64,000 bases of DNA, taken from positions 288,001 through 352,000 of the forward strand of contig CAVTRN010000001.1 in the NCBI GenBank assembly GCA_963737155.1, given 5' to 3'. Under the pieces are notes generated by a model. That model saw nothing but the letters and a program-made list of their open reading frames with translations, was not told where the DNA came from and searched no databases. The position numbers were made by a program, and so were the translations under genes. Source of the DNA: Nitrospirota bacterium. Lineage in GTDB: Bacteria > Nitrospirota > UBA9217. The stretch's first letter is position 1. The number at the start of each line of letters is the position of its first letter. Shown piece by piece: positions 53,407 through 63,319 of this stretch.

Positions 53407-55185
53407 TTACCCTTTTTTAATCGCTTTGAATTTGCATGTTTCAAAACAGGCGCCACACTTGATGCAAATGTCCTGAATGATCTTATGCGGCTTCTTCTTT
53501 TCACCAACGATAGCGCCGGCGGGGCAGACACGAGTACAGGCGGTGCAGCCCTTGCAGAACTCTTCAACAATGCTGTAGGAAAGAAGGTCCTTGCATACGC
53601 CCGCCGGACAGCGCTTTTCATAGATATGTGCCTCGTATTCGTCTCGATAATACCTGATCGTGGAGAGCACCGGATTGGGCGCGGACTGCCCCAAACCGCA
53701 GAGCGATGACGTCTTGACGTCGCTGCTCAACGTCTCCAGGAGCTCGATATCGCTTTCCCTGCCGTGGCCTTCGGTGATCCTCGTCAGGATCTCAAGGAGC
53801 CGTTTGGTGCCGACCCGGCAAGGCACGCATTTTCCGCACGATTCCGATTGGGTGAACTGAAGGAAGTACTTGGCAACATTCACCATGCAGTCTGTTTCGT
53901 CCAGGACGACCATGCCGCCCGAGCCCATAATGGAGCCGACCTTGCCGAGCGATTCATAATCAAGTGTCGTGTCGATGATACTTGCGGGAATGCACCCGCC
54001 GGACGGACCGCCGGTCTGAACAGCCTTGAGCTTCCGACCGCCTTCGATGCCACCGCCGATATCGTAGATGACCTCTCTGAGGGGAATGCCCATGGGCACT
54101 TCGATCAGGCCCGAGTTCTGGATCTTGCCGGTCAGGGCGAAAACCTTGGTACCCTTGCTCTTCTCCGTGCCCATAGCGGCATACCAATCAGCACCTTTGC
54201 GGATAATGTAGGGGATGTTCGCGAGCGTCTCAACATTGTTGATGATCGTGGGTTTTCCCCAGAGCCCCTTCTGAACCGGAAACGGCGGCTTCGCCCGGGG
54301 CTGCCCGCGCTTGCCTTCGATCGAGGCGATAAGCGCCGTCTCTTCTCCGCAGACAAAGGCACCAGCCCCGAGCTTCACCTTGATGGTGAAATCAAACCCT
54401 TTGCCAAGGACGTTCTTGCCGAGGAATCCGTGCTCTTTCGCCTGCTTGATGGCGAGGTGCAGACGCTCGACGGCGAGCGGGTATTCCGCCCTGATATATA
54501 CATAGCCGTAGGGAGCGCCGATGGCATAGGCGCCGATGATCATCCCCTCGATCACCGCATGGGGATTCCCTTCGACAACCGAACGGTCCATGAACGCTCC
54601 GGGGTCACCCTCGTCGGCATTGCAAATGAGATACTTGGTCGGCCCGGGCGCTTTGATCGCCATATCCCATTTCACCCCGGTGGGAAATCCCGCACCGCCG
54701 CGGCCCCGGAGTCCTGAAGCCTTGATAGTCTCAATGACTTCTTGCGGGGCCATTGATTGAAGAACCTTCTTCGTCGCTTCGTAGCCGCCGCGGCCGATAT
54801 AGGAATCGATTTCCTCGGGATTGACCTCACCGCAGTCCGAAAGCACCACTTTAACCTGCTTGTTGTGAAATGTGTGGTAGTCATCCTTCACGAGCCAGTC
54901 ACCGACGGGCGTGCTGCTCATGATATGCTCGCTCACAATCCGCTCAACCATGTCCGGCTTGATGTACTGGTAGGTCGTCTTCTCGCCGTTAATAATTACA
55001 TCCACGAGCACGTCGCGGGCGCAAAACCCCCGGCAGCCGACTTTATGAACCGAGCAGTTTTTCTCTACCAAAGCATGGATACCCTCGGCCGCAAGGGCCT
55101 TTTCAAAGGCGGAGAGAACCTCCACGCCGCCGGCGGCGATGCCGCCCGTACCCATGCATACTTTTATAGAGATGTCTTTATTCAT
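53407..55185 (-). CDS. HydB/NuoF-like NADH/FMN subunit of a putative electron-bifurcating FDH
   Basis: GLRGRGGAGFP, CNADEGDPGAFMDR, CGEETAL, GGPSG and ESCGKCVPCR; C-terminal 2x[4Fe-4S]. Confidence 0.93.
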   Translation of the reverse strand: MNKDISIKVCMGTGGIAAGGVEVLSAFEKALAAEGIHALVEKNCSVHKVGCRGFCARDVLVDVIINGEKTTYQYIKPDMVERIVSEHIMSSTPVGDWLVKDDYHTFHNKQVKVVLSDCGEVNPEEIDSYIGRGGYEATKKVLQSMAPQEVIETIKASGLRGRGGAGFPTGVKWDMAIKAPGPTKYLICNADEGDPGAFMDRSVVEGNPHAVIEGMIIGAYAIGAPYGYVYIRAEYPLAVERLHLAIKQAKEHGFLGKNVLGKGFDFTIKVKLGAGAFVCGEETALIASIEGKRGQPRAKPPFPVQKGLWGKPTIINNVETLANIPYIIRKGADWYAAMGTEKSKGTKVFALTGKIQNSGLIEVPMGIPLREVIYDIGGGIEGGRKLKAVQTGGPSGGCIPASIIDTTLDYESLGKVGSIMGSGGMVVLDETDCMVNVAKYFLQFTQSESCGKCVPCRVGTKRLLEILTRITEGHGRESDIELLETLSSDVKTSSLCGLGQSAPNPVLSTIRYYRDEYEAHIYEKRCPAGVCKDLLSYSIVEEFCKGCTACTRVCPAGAIVGEKKKPHKIIQDICIKCGACFETCKFKAIKKG

Positions 55186-55205
55186 GCTTACCCCGGATAG
55201 AAACT

Positions 55206-55249
55206 TGTTAACCGATTAATCGGTTAGAACTGTTTAAACAGTTTAATCG
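55206..55249. repeat. 9-bp periodic repeat forming two perfect palindromes
   Basis: TAACCGATTAATCGGTTA (55209-55226) and AACTGTTTAAACAGTT (55228-55243). Confidence 0.75.
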
Positions 55250-55253
55250 TTAC

Positions 55254-55736
55254 TTAAATATAGTCGATGTATTCCCGCTTCCCCTCTTTGAGTGTCTTCA
55301 TCTCTTTCATGAGCTTGTCGGGCGTCATCTTGCCGTGCACGGTCTTATTGATGATGATAACCGGGGCGATGCTGCAAGCGCCTACACAGTTAACTTTCTC
55401 TACGGTGAACTTGAGATCTTCGGAGGTATTTTCGCCGTCGGGAATGGCCAGTTCTTTTACCAAGCTGTTGATCAGCCGTTCCGATCCCTTCACGTGGCAC
55501 GCCGTGCCGCAGCATGCGGTAATCACGTTCTTGCCTTTGGGCTTGAGATGAAATTGTGCGTAGAAGGTGGCGACACCGTAGAACTTCGCCGGCGGAATAT
55601 CGAGCCGTTCAGATACCCAGTTGATCGCGTCCTCCCGCAAGTAGCCGAATTCGGTTTCGATGTCCTGCAGGATCGAGATAATGTTGCCCTCGTTTTCCCG
55701 GTGTCGAGTGAGTATTCCCTCAAGTCTATCTTCCAT
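55254..55736 (-). CDS. HydC/NuoE-like 2Fe-2S subunit
   Basis: GVATFY, CCGTACHVKG and CVGACSIAP motifs. Confidence 0.93.
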   Translation of the reverse strand: MEDRLEGILTRHRENEGNIISILQDIETEFGYLREDAINWVSERLDIPPAKFYGVATFYAQFHLKPKGKNVITACCGTACHVKGSERLINSLVKELAIPDGENTSEDLKFTVEKVNCVGACSIAPVIIINKTVHGKMTPDKLMKEMKTLKEGKREYIDYI

Positions 55737-55884
55737 AATTATCAGTCCTCTTGAGACAAAAAGGGCCGCCTTATTTGTCCCGGCAGCCGCGTATGAGCTT
55801 TGCCGCTTTCTTTAGAAGACAGAAGGAGCCGGGAAGAAAGAATTGAACCTTCCCCCTTCCCTGCTCCCTCCCGTATTCGTCGAA

Positions 55885-58086
55885 TCAAAACATTGGATCC
55901 ATGGTGAGCGCCGGATGACCCTTCTCCGTAAGAAATGCCAGCAGCTTTTCCGAATCCTCCGCAACACTCTCATCGGCGATCTTATCTATAAGATCAGGCA
56001 TGCCCTCTTCCTCGGCACGTTTCTTGAAAACCTCAGCAAAGGACTCCTTCAGGTTCTTGGTCATCCAGACGATACGCTTGAATCCACCTTCCGCGGAGAG
56101 AAATTTCTTGCTCGTGAGGAAGAACCGGCCGATTCCCATGAAGCCCGGGGTCTGGGCGCCGCCACCCACGGTTCCGGCGAGGGTTGAGAATTTCATACCG
56201 ATGGGGGTCATGCCGGTGAAACCGCGGTTGACGACCATCACGCCGTTGGCCTCCGGTACGATGGCGACGATACACTCGAAACAGCCGCAGGAGGTCATCG
56301 GCGCGTCCATAATGCTGTAGGCGTTAAAATACTCCAATGCCTGGTGCGAGTTGGTATATACGTACTCATCAACGCCTTTCCAGCGTCCTTTGACCGCGTC
56401 GAGGGTCTCGCCCTTCTGGACCGGCTGGTTTGCTCCGTTCGGGTCGATCTCATAGGCCGCCTTGGCATCGAGCCAGTTGTAGGCCCCGCAAAGACCGAGC
56501 CGCTCGGGAGAAACGACACAGACATGGTTCGGTGCAAAACTCTGGCAGAGAATACAGGAGTAGTAGATATCCACCGAGTCGTCAGTCATGGTAGCGAGAC
56601 GCACATCGCGTTCGAGATAGGCTTTGCGCGCATCCTCCAACTTGGCCTTCACGTCGGCGTCGTCCACATAAAACGTGACCTGTGCTTTGTCCACGATGTT
56701 GTTGAACTTGTGCTTCATCTGGGTGGTGAGGATATCGCCGAAGTGCTTGAGCTGGAAACCGTCCTTGAGGGCGTTGATGCTGACGCGCAGCCAGTTCTGG
56801 TCGCGCTGACCCATGTGCCAAATACCCTGCGCCTCGTTGATAAAATGATGGATCTTGCGCTCGAGCACCGGTTCGAAGTCCTTCTGCATCTTTCGGCCTG
56901 CCACTTCAACGACGATGCCGAGCGGCATCTGGCCGCCTTTGGTATACCGTCCCTCGGGGTCTGCGCCGACGATCGTGACCTTGCCGTCTTCCACCTCGTC
57001 GAGGTTCACCGTATGGAGCCATTCAAAAGCCGCCGTGCGCTGCCCGCCGAACTCGATGTGCATGTCTTCCTTGCGGATGCGCTCGCCTTCGAAGGCCGGG
57101 CCGTAGGCCACGGGAATGGGCGGTTTAGAAACGGTAATTTTGAGGCCACGCACCTCGATGCATTTCTCGACTATCTTTTTCGGATCGAGTTCCTTGGCCA
57201 CTTCCTCGTAGATCGTGACGCCAGTGGGATGAATCGTGGGAATGTCGGTGTTACAGATGGCCGGGAAGCCCATATTGATCGCGCCCGCACCGGTTGTCCA
57301 GATCCGATCATTCAGTGGTCCGAGCACCATGGCGAAAGCGAACACCTTGTCTTTGGAGTATTTCAAAATCTTCTTGAAATCTCCGCCCTTCATGCCGCCA
57401 AAGGTAAGACCAGCACGCGCCGCCCAGTTCAGGGCGTAGATCGCGTGCTCCACTTCGGGACCGAGCGGAACCAGGCGGGTATCCCAGCCGAGCTGTACAC
57501 CTTTCCTGATAAGCTGCTTGGCCACGCTCTCGCCGTTCACATTGCCGCAGAGGAAGGTGAGGATGTTCTTCTGCTGTAGTTCGCGCGCGATTTCAACCGC
57601 GTGATCGTCGTCATTGGCCGCGCCAATGATGACCACGTAGCCCGGCATGGTGCCATCCACGAGCTGCACACCAAGGTTTCGAAGGATCGTATCGGAGATG
57701 AACCCATGGTAGGTGAGGCCGATTGAATCGTCTTTTACAGGCTCCTGTCCGTAGATATAGCGGATCGCCATGATGATTTCCTGAGCAAAGAGCGATGCCA
57801 TGCCCGCATCGAGCGCCTCGCCGAGGTACGGCTTGTAGAGTACATCCGTGGGATCGTCCGTCAGCATCGGTTTTATGTGCTGTTCAAGAGCCGTCTTCAT
57901 GTCGCCCACGGTATGAACTTCGTAGCCGGTCATGGCGAATAACTGGGGGAGGAAGTAGCCCGTATCCGGGAACTCGAACTTGAAGTCAGCTCCTTTTTCG
58001 CTGATGGCCCTCTCTACGAGGGCTTCCGCCTGTTTAACATAGTAATGAGAGGCCTTGATAGCTCCGCTGGCAATGACTTTTGACAT
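55885..58086 (-). CDS. acsB: Acetyl-CoA synthase
   Basis: FPDT.Y.LP, C.LCQSFAPNHVC..ERLGLCG and PMTSCGCFE A-cluster motifs. Confidence 0.97.
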   Translation of the reverse strand: MSKVIASGAIKASHYYVKQAEALVERAISEKGADFKFEFPDTGYFLPQLFAMTGYEVHTVGDMKTALEQHIKPMLTDDPTDVLYKPYLGEALDAGMASLFAQEIIMAIRYIYGQEPVKDDSIGLTYHGFISDTILRNLGVQLVDGTMPGYVVIIGAANDDDHAVEIARELQQKNILTFLCGNVNGESVAKQLIRKGVQLGWDTRLVPLGPEVEHAIYALNWAARAGLTFGGMKGGDFKKILKYSKDKVFAFAMVLGPLNDRIWTTGAGAINMGFPAICNTDIPTIHPTGVTIYEEVAKELDPKKIVEKCIEVRGLKITVSKPPIPVAYGPAFEGERIRKEDMHIEFGGQRTAAFEWLHTVNLDEVEDGKVTIVGADPEGRYTKGGQMPLGIVVEVAGRKMQKDFEPVLERKIHHFINEAQGIWHMGQRDQNWLRVSINALKDGFQLKHFGDILTTQMKHKFNNIVDKAQVTFYVDDADVKAKLEDARKAYLERDVRLATMTDDSVDIYYSCILCQSFAPNHVCVVSPERLGLCGAYNWLDAKAAYEIDPNGANQPVQKGETLDAVKGRWKGVDEYVYTNSHQALEYFNAYSIMDAPMTSCGCFECIVAIVPEANGVMVVNRGFTGMTPIGMKFSTLAGTVGGGAQTPGFMGIGRFFLTSKKFLSAEGGFKRIVWMTKNLKESFAEVFKKRAEEEGMPDLIDKIADESVAEDSEKLLAFLTEKGHPALTMDPMF

Positions 58087-58161
58087 CGGTAAACTCCTTA
58101 TCCAAATCGAATGTAATGAACGGCTTTTTGCCCTTTAACCAGTTGAAACGCTTCGAAGGTG

Positions 58162-59502
58162 TTACGCTCTCGCCTTCAGGAAAGTCGGGAGTTGATTCGC
58201 TTCGCGCGGCCCCACGGTGATTTTCCAACCCGCCAGCTTCTCTTCCAGCGCGCCGGAAAGCACGGCCACGTAGCCAGGGATGATCAGCTCTCTATGGCTG
58301 ACGCTCTTTTCAACACCGCTTTCGGTGATGAACTGGGCAATCTTGCCGGCAGTGAACTTGCCAGCCGCCCACGCCGTGAGCACAGAAAGTCCTTCATTGT
58401 CCATGACTGCAAGCCACGAGGGTACCTTGCTGTTCTCAACCTCGCCGCGCACGATGAAGTAGGAAAGCGAAAAATTCGTGGTGATCATGAGCGGTGAATT
58501 TTCCTTGGCGTCTCCCACTTTATAGATGTTCTGCGCGACCTGCATCGGGACCTGAGGATCGGTATAGATGTTCTGGCGCAGCGACAGAAGCGCGAGCATC
58601 TTCCACTTCTCCACATTATTCAAAATAATGATCGACGCATATTTCATCGTACCAATGGCGGCCGTCATGGCCTCGGACAGGGAATCGTCTCGGGTCGCGA
58701 ACGTGATGATCGGATAACCGAGAGGCTTGAAGTTCTTTTTGATCGCCACGCGGCGGATGATGGTAAAATGCTCGATCATGGCCTTAGCCTTGCGCGCGCC
58801 GGAATCGAGCACCAAGTCGTCGACGCCGAGCGCCTTTACCTTCTCGGACAGGGCAGTCAGCGCGTCGAGGCCTTCGGCGGCCACAGCGAGCGACGCTTTT
58901 TTCTCCTTAGCTATTTTTGCCATTGCCTCGGCATTCTCGGCGGTGGCGGCGTAGATTAGCGGTTTCATGTCCGCGCAATGCGTAATTCCCGCTTCAATCG
59001 TCGCCGGGGTTTTGCTCACCAGGATAATGGGCACGCCGGGCGCGCCGTCGACAACCTGCTTTACAACTGAGGCGAACTTCACTGCATCGCCGCCCTCGTC
59101 GGTCACGGCAATAGCATCCACGCGGAGCTTCTGGCCCACGCGGTCGATCTCGGAGGTCTTGACCGCTTCGATCTTTTTGGCTGCGGCATCGCCGGCCTCG
59201 GAGGCTTTGATCGCGACGGCAAAAATATTGGGGTTGAAAAATTTCTTTTCATGCCGGAAGAGGCAGATCTCGTCACCCACTTTAACAGCCTTATCGCCCG
59301 TACCAAGCGTGATGCCGCGAATCGGCGGCGCCGCTGCCTCACCCAGCACTTTCTTCGCGTCGGCGGACGCGTCCGGGCAGGCATCGAGGCTCGCCTGCTT
59401 GGCTGCGAGCTTCATGGCAAAAGCGAGGCAGGTTGGGTGACCACACTTTTTGCAGTTAGTCTTTGGAAGATATTTGAATATTTCAACACCAGAGAGAGCC
59501 AT
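58162..59502 (-). CDS. acsC: Corrinoid Fe-S protein large subunit
   Basis: LPKTNCKKCGHPTCLAFA, IYTDPQ, TTNFSL and SVLTAWAAGKF motifs. Confidence 0.96.
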   Translation of the reverse strand: MALSGVEIFKYLPKTNCKKCGHPTCLAFAMKLAAKQASLDACPDASADAKKVLGEAAAPPIRGITLGTGDKAVKVGDEICLFRHEKKFFNPNIFAVAIKASEAGDAAAKKIEAVKTSEIDRVGQKLRVDAIAVTDEGGDAVKFASVVKQVVDGAPGVPIILVSKTPATIEAGITHCADMKPLIYAATAENAEAMAKIAKEKKASLAVAAEGLDALTALSEKVKALGVDDLVLDSGARKAKAMIEHFTIIRRVAIKKNFKPLGYPIITFATRDDSLSEAMTAAIGTMKYASIIILNNVEKWKMLALLSLRQNIYTDPQVPMQVAQNIYKVGDAKENSPLMITTNFSLSYFIVRGEVENSKVPSWLAVMDNEGLSVLTAWAAGKFTAGKIAQFITESGVEKSVSHRELIIPGYVAVLSGALEEKLAGWKITVGPREANQLPTFLKARA

Positions 59503-59618
59503 CGGTAAACTCCTTTCGCTATCTTAACATCATAACCACAGAGAATAATGCGAAAAAACGACCGGGATGAATGGTTCTGGAGCTCTCCCTGTTTTCTCTG
59601 TAGCAAAATTATAAGGTT

Positions 59619-60557
59619 TTAGACCAGTTCGGAAATCAATTCCTTCGCTTTTGCCGCTGCGCCCGGATGCCGCATGATCAGCATATCCGCTCCCGCGGTG
59701 ATCATGGCTGAAGCGGAAACCGATTCCCAGGCAAGGGCTCGGTCTCCCAAGCCGCCCCATTCGGGCATTTCGGTATCGGGCGCCATGGTTTCCTTGACTT
59801 TCCAGACATTCATCCCGATGTCACAAACGATGGGCGTCTGCATCATAGGATCGTTCTGCAGGAGCGCTGCCAGACGGATGCGCTCCATCACGCTGTACGT
59901 ATATTCAAGACCATAGCCCAGGGCCGACGACATGGGGTCCATGATGATGCGCTCCTTGTTGAAGCCCATCTGGGTCAGCAGTATGTTGAGCTGCTTTGCC
60001 AGGTTCACGTCGAGCTGGCTCATGGCGATTAGCTTGTGGTCGTTCGCCATTGCCGCGGCCGCCACTGTCTTGTAGTTCTCTTCAACGGCCTTGCCGATGG
60101 CGCAGTTCTTTCCGCGCGTTGCGCCCGCCGCGGCCTGCAGCACCTGCGTGTCCTTCTCCGCATGGCCGCTGCCGAGAATCATGAGCGGGATGTCGATGGC
60201 CGCGGCAACGTCAGCCGCTATCTTCGCGGCTTCTTCCGCACTCCTGTTTTTCTGGTCCGGATGCGTACCCATGAGCCGGAGCGCCACCAGGTCGGCGCCG
60301 CTCTTCTGGCAGAACTTGGCCCACTGAACCGGGTTTGCTGCTTCGCCACCGATCGCTTTCTTCAGGGTTTCGGGCCAATCGTCGGGCGTGATATCCATTA
60401 CTTCAAGTGCTATGGCTGGTCTATTTGGGAACGTGCCTTCGAACCCCAGGAAGGGAAGGGCGTTCGCGCCCCCTATAGTCACAGCATTTGCGCCGCTGCC
60501 GATCTGTACGTTGTAAATCTTGCCGCTATAGTTCTCTTTAGGTACTACCAGTGCCAT
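59619..60557 (-). CDS. acsD: Corrinoid Fe-S protein small subunit
   Basis: DVNLAKQLN, MDP..SALGYGLEY.YSVMERIR and MRHP motifs. Confidence 0.95.
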   Translation of the reverse strand: MALVVPKENYSGKIYNVQIGSGANAVTIGGANALPFLGFEGTFPNRPAIALEVMDITPDDWPETLKKAIGGEAANPVQWAKFCQKSGADLVALRLMGTHPDQKNRSAEEAAKIAADVAAAIDIPLMILGSGHAEKDTQVLQAAAGATRGKNCAIGKAVEENYKTVAAAAMANDHKLIAMSQLDVNLAKQLNILLTQMGFNKERIIMDPMSSALGYGLEYTYSVMERIRLAALLQNDPMMQTPIVCDIGMNVWKVKETMAPDTEMPEWGGLGDRALAWESVSASAMITAGADMLIMRHPGAAAKAKELISELV

Positions 60558-60705
60558 GAGAGCCTCCTCGAAAAGTAGTGCACATATTAACAGAATTGCC
60601 CGGTCAGAACAAGGGCAAAACGCGCTTCGGAGTGGGAGATTCCAGAGGCATGATGCTGGCTTTTGTGAGCCGCCATCCCGCATCCAAATCCGGAATTAAG
60701 CCTGT

Positions 60706-61494
60706 TTACATCTCCAGATAGGAATGAGCGTACATCTTTTTTCCCAGAATCATCTCGACGGTCTTAACGGTATCCATCATGTCCTTGTCCAATGGATCGA
60801 TGATGGCCGAAGACAGCCCCTCGTACATCAGCATTGCGAGGAAGTTCCTGTTGATGATCGGACGGACATGCTTCGGAGCCCCGTTGGAAATATTCGAGAG
60901 ACCGACCACCGTGTTCATCGGAGGATCATTCAACTCGCGAAACATCTTGATGGCCCGTAATGCCTGCCTGCCCTGATCCTGCATGGTGCAGAGCTGAAGT
61001 ATGAGCGGATCAAGGAAGATGTCCTCCATCGGGATGCCGTATTCCATGCCGCGCGCCATGATCTCAGCGGCGATAACACAGCGATCCTCGGCATCAGCGG
61101 GAATGCTACCCTTGCCCAGCGTAAGAGCGATTATCTTCGCGTTGTACTTTCCCGCGAGTTCCATCATGGGGAACCGCTCGGGCTCATTGGATGTGGAGTT
61201 TACGATCGGTGCGCCCCATGCATTATTGTGCGCCTTAAGACCGGCTTCCATGGCCTTAATGTTCGTCGTATCGAGGCAGAGCGGCTTTTCTACCACTTCC
61301 TGAACAACCTTCACTGCCCAATCCATAAGTTGCGGGCCGTTCTCTTCGGCCGGACCAATGGAAACGTCGATAAAGTGCGCGCCTGCCTTGGCTTGGGCCA
61401 CGGCGAGTTCCTGCAACGGCTTGGGATCGAGCTTCTGAAGGGCCTCACGCACCTTTTTCGCAATTACACTGATTTTTTCTCCGATTATAAGCAT
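60706..61494 (-). CDS. acsE: Methyl-THF:corrinoid Fe-S protein methyltransferase
   Basis: MLIIGE, LCLDTTN, FLDPL, GLSNISNG and AIIDP motifs. Confidence 0.93.
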   Translation of the reverse strand: MLIIGEKISVIAKKVREALQKLDPKPLQELAVAQAKAGAHFIDVSIGPAEENGPQLMDWAVKVVQEVVEKPLCLDTTNIKAMEAGLKAHNNAWGAPIVNSTSNEPERFPMMELAGKYNAKIIALTLGKGSIPADAEDRCVIAAEIMARGMEYGIPMEDIFLDPLILQLCTMQDQGRQALRAIKMFRELNDPPMNTVVGLSNISNGAPKHVRPIINRNFLAMLMYEGLSSAIIDPLDKDMMDTVKTVEMILGKKMYAHSYLEM

Positions 61495-61627
61495 GTTCTG
61501 AAACGTCTCCTTTCGAACTGTATCAAGGCTATTAACTATCGCGGGTGATCAGGAGAGCAATCCTGACCTCAAGCACTTTGATTTTCAGAAAGCCGGCCGC
61601 CGTCAGTCGGTGTATATCCGCGACTGA

Positions 61628-62515
61628 TTATTCCTCCACCATCTTGAGCAGCTCCGCTGCCGTGATCTCGGTGATGCTGCCTTTTTCTCGCGCCACGGAA
61701 ACTGTCTGCCGGGCCAATTCTTTATAGAGATCCGTCAGTTCCGGCGTCCGGTTCCCCATGGCGGAAAGATGTCCCCGCACCGTCTCGATGTCGCCCCGCA
61801 TGATCGGCCCGGTAAGAGCATCGGGGATGCCAAGGGTCTCGATATTATGAAGCGTCCCCCGAATGAGCGGCAGCACGCCTTTGAGCGCTTCCTTTTTATC
61901 GGCGCCCAGCGCCTGGTAAAACTTGAGCCCGTAATCAACAAGGGCTACAAAATAATTTGAAACAGCTACCGCGCCTGCGTGGTACAGTGCTGCCGAATCC
62001 TTATCCGAAGTCCACTTCGGCATTGCCAGTTCGATGCCGCCGAGCGCCTTCACGATTTCCTTAACCATGTCCAGCGCCGCGGGATCAGCCTCAATACGAA
62101 AGTAGGAACCGGGAAGTACCTTGATGCCCTGCTCCCGACTTGCAAGCGACTGAAGAGGATGGAGTACGGCACGATAGGCGCCCCTAGCCCCTGCCGCTGA
62201 TAAAAGATCGAGTGAATGAGCTCCCGAGGTATGAACCACGATCGAGCCTGGCTGGATACCGGCCGCCGCGATCCTGTCGCAGGTTTCCCGGATTGCGCGG
62301 TCCGGTGTGGTAATGAGAATAATCCCTGCATTTGCCGCGGCGAGTGCGGCATCCGTCGTCGGCTCCCCTGCACCGATGAATTCCGCTGCTGATGCTGCGG
62401 ATGCCCTCGAACGGGTTACAACGACTGCCACGGCGAATCCCGCTCTCTGCAACAGAAAGCCTATTGAGCAGCCGACACGACCAGCGCCAATGATAGCGAC
62501 GGTTTTCAGGGTCAT
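61628..62515 (-). CDS. Rossmann-like/DUF2520 oxidoreductase (PanG-type ketopantoate reductase family)
   Basis: IIGAGRVG, TTPD, HTSGA, HPLQS, LYHA and ALTGPIMRGD motifs. Confidence 0.88.
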   Translation of the reverse strand: MTLKTVAIIGAGRVGCSIGFLLQRAGFAVAVVVTRSRASAASAAEFIGAGEPTTDAALAAANAGIILITTPDRAIRETCDRIAAAGIQPGSIVVHTSGAHSLDLLSAAGARGAYRAVLHPLQSLASREQGIKVLPGSYFRIEADPAALDMVKEIVKALGGIELAMPKWTSDKDSAALYHAGAVAVSNYFVALVDYGLKFYQALGADKKEALKGVLPLIRGTLHNIETLGIPDALTGPIMRGDIETVRGHLSAMGNRTPELTDLYKELARQTVSVAREKGSITEITAAELLKMVEE

Positions 62516-62518
62516 AGC

Positions 62519-63289
62519 CTAAGGGATCAACTTGTCGAGCACGGAATAGAAGCTCGAAAGCGCTTTTGACTCGGCTGGGAGCTGGATCAGCGGTTTGCCA
62601 TTCAAATCATATTCAAAGATCTGTTGATCGGCGGGAACAAATCCCGCAAACGTCACATTTTGCTTCTTGATCGCCTGCAGCATCGATGGGTCTTCGCTGG
62701 TACCATTCTGCACACGGTTCACAATCAGCACCGTGCGCTTGACGTTCAGATTCAGCTCTTTGACGAGGTCGCCGATGCGCCCAGCGGTCATGATACCTCG
62801 AACCGATGAGTCGCTGACGATGAGTAGCAGGTCCGTATCCTGTGTTGTTCGCCGCGATAGATGTTCGAGGCCAGCCTCGTTGTCCATGACTGTATAGGGA
62901 TAGGAGTCGGCCAGCTTATCCATATACTTGCGGATAATGTTATTCGCGGCGCAGTAACAGCCGGCGCCCTCAGGCCTGCCCATCACGAGGAGGTCGAATC
63001 CTTTTGCCTCGATAAGAGCCTGCTGGATCTGGTAATCGAAAAGCTGCTCCATGCTCATGCCGCCCGGCCGGGGCGCCGGCGACTTGACCGCTTCGAGAGA
63101 AGTCTCCCGCAGTTTCCCCACCGTCGCATGGACCGGGACGCCGAGCACGTCGTTCAGGTTTGCATTCGCGTCCGCATCCACCGCAAGCACGGCGCCTTTT
63201 TTCTTTTCTGTCAAATATCGTATGGTCAGGCCGCAGAGGCTGGTTTTTCCCGTGCCGCCCTTGCCTGCTACTGCTATTGAAAAACCCAT
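62519..63289 (-). CDS. cooC: CooC/AcsF nickel-insertion ATPase
   Basis: AGKGGTGKT, DADAN, GCYC and DNEAGLEHLSR motifs. Confidence 0.93.
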   Translation of the reverse strand: MGFSIAVAGKGGTGKTSLCGLTIRYLTEKKKGAVLAVDADANANLNDVLGVPVHATVGKLRETSLEAVKSPAPRPGGMSMEQLFDYQIQQALIEAKGFDLLVMGRPEGAGCYCAANNIIRKYMDKLADSYPYTVMDNEAGLEHLSRRTTQDTDLLLIVSDSSVRGIMTAGRIGDLVKELNLNVKRTVLIVNRVQNGTSEDPSMLQAIKKQNVTFAGFVPADQQIFEYDLNGKPLIQLPAESKALSSFYSVLDKLIP

Positions 63290-63319
63290 GTGACCTCGAA
63301 CCACTTGGGTCAAGGGTCG

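Noticed and set aside
51541-57579. Long plus-strand ORFs (51541..52902, 53764..54717, 56344..57579; likewise 4325..5218, 18001..18975, 22179..23162)
   Set aside because: These are antisense shadows of well-supported genes, caused by GC codon bias, and have no recognisable motifs.
63293-63318. 6S RNA-like string CCTCGAACCACTTGGGTCAAGGG
   Set aside because: The upstream half would lie inside cooC, and no long closing stem is visible. It is the cooC 5' UTR on the other strand.
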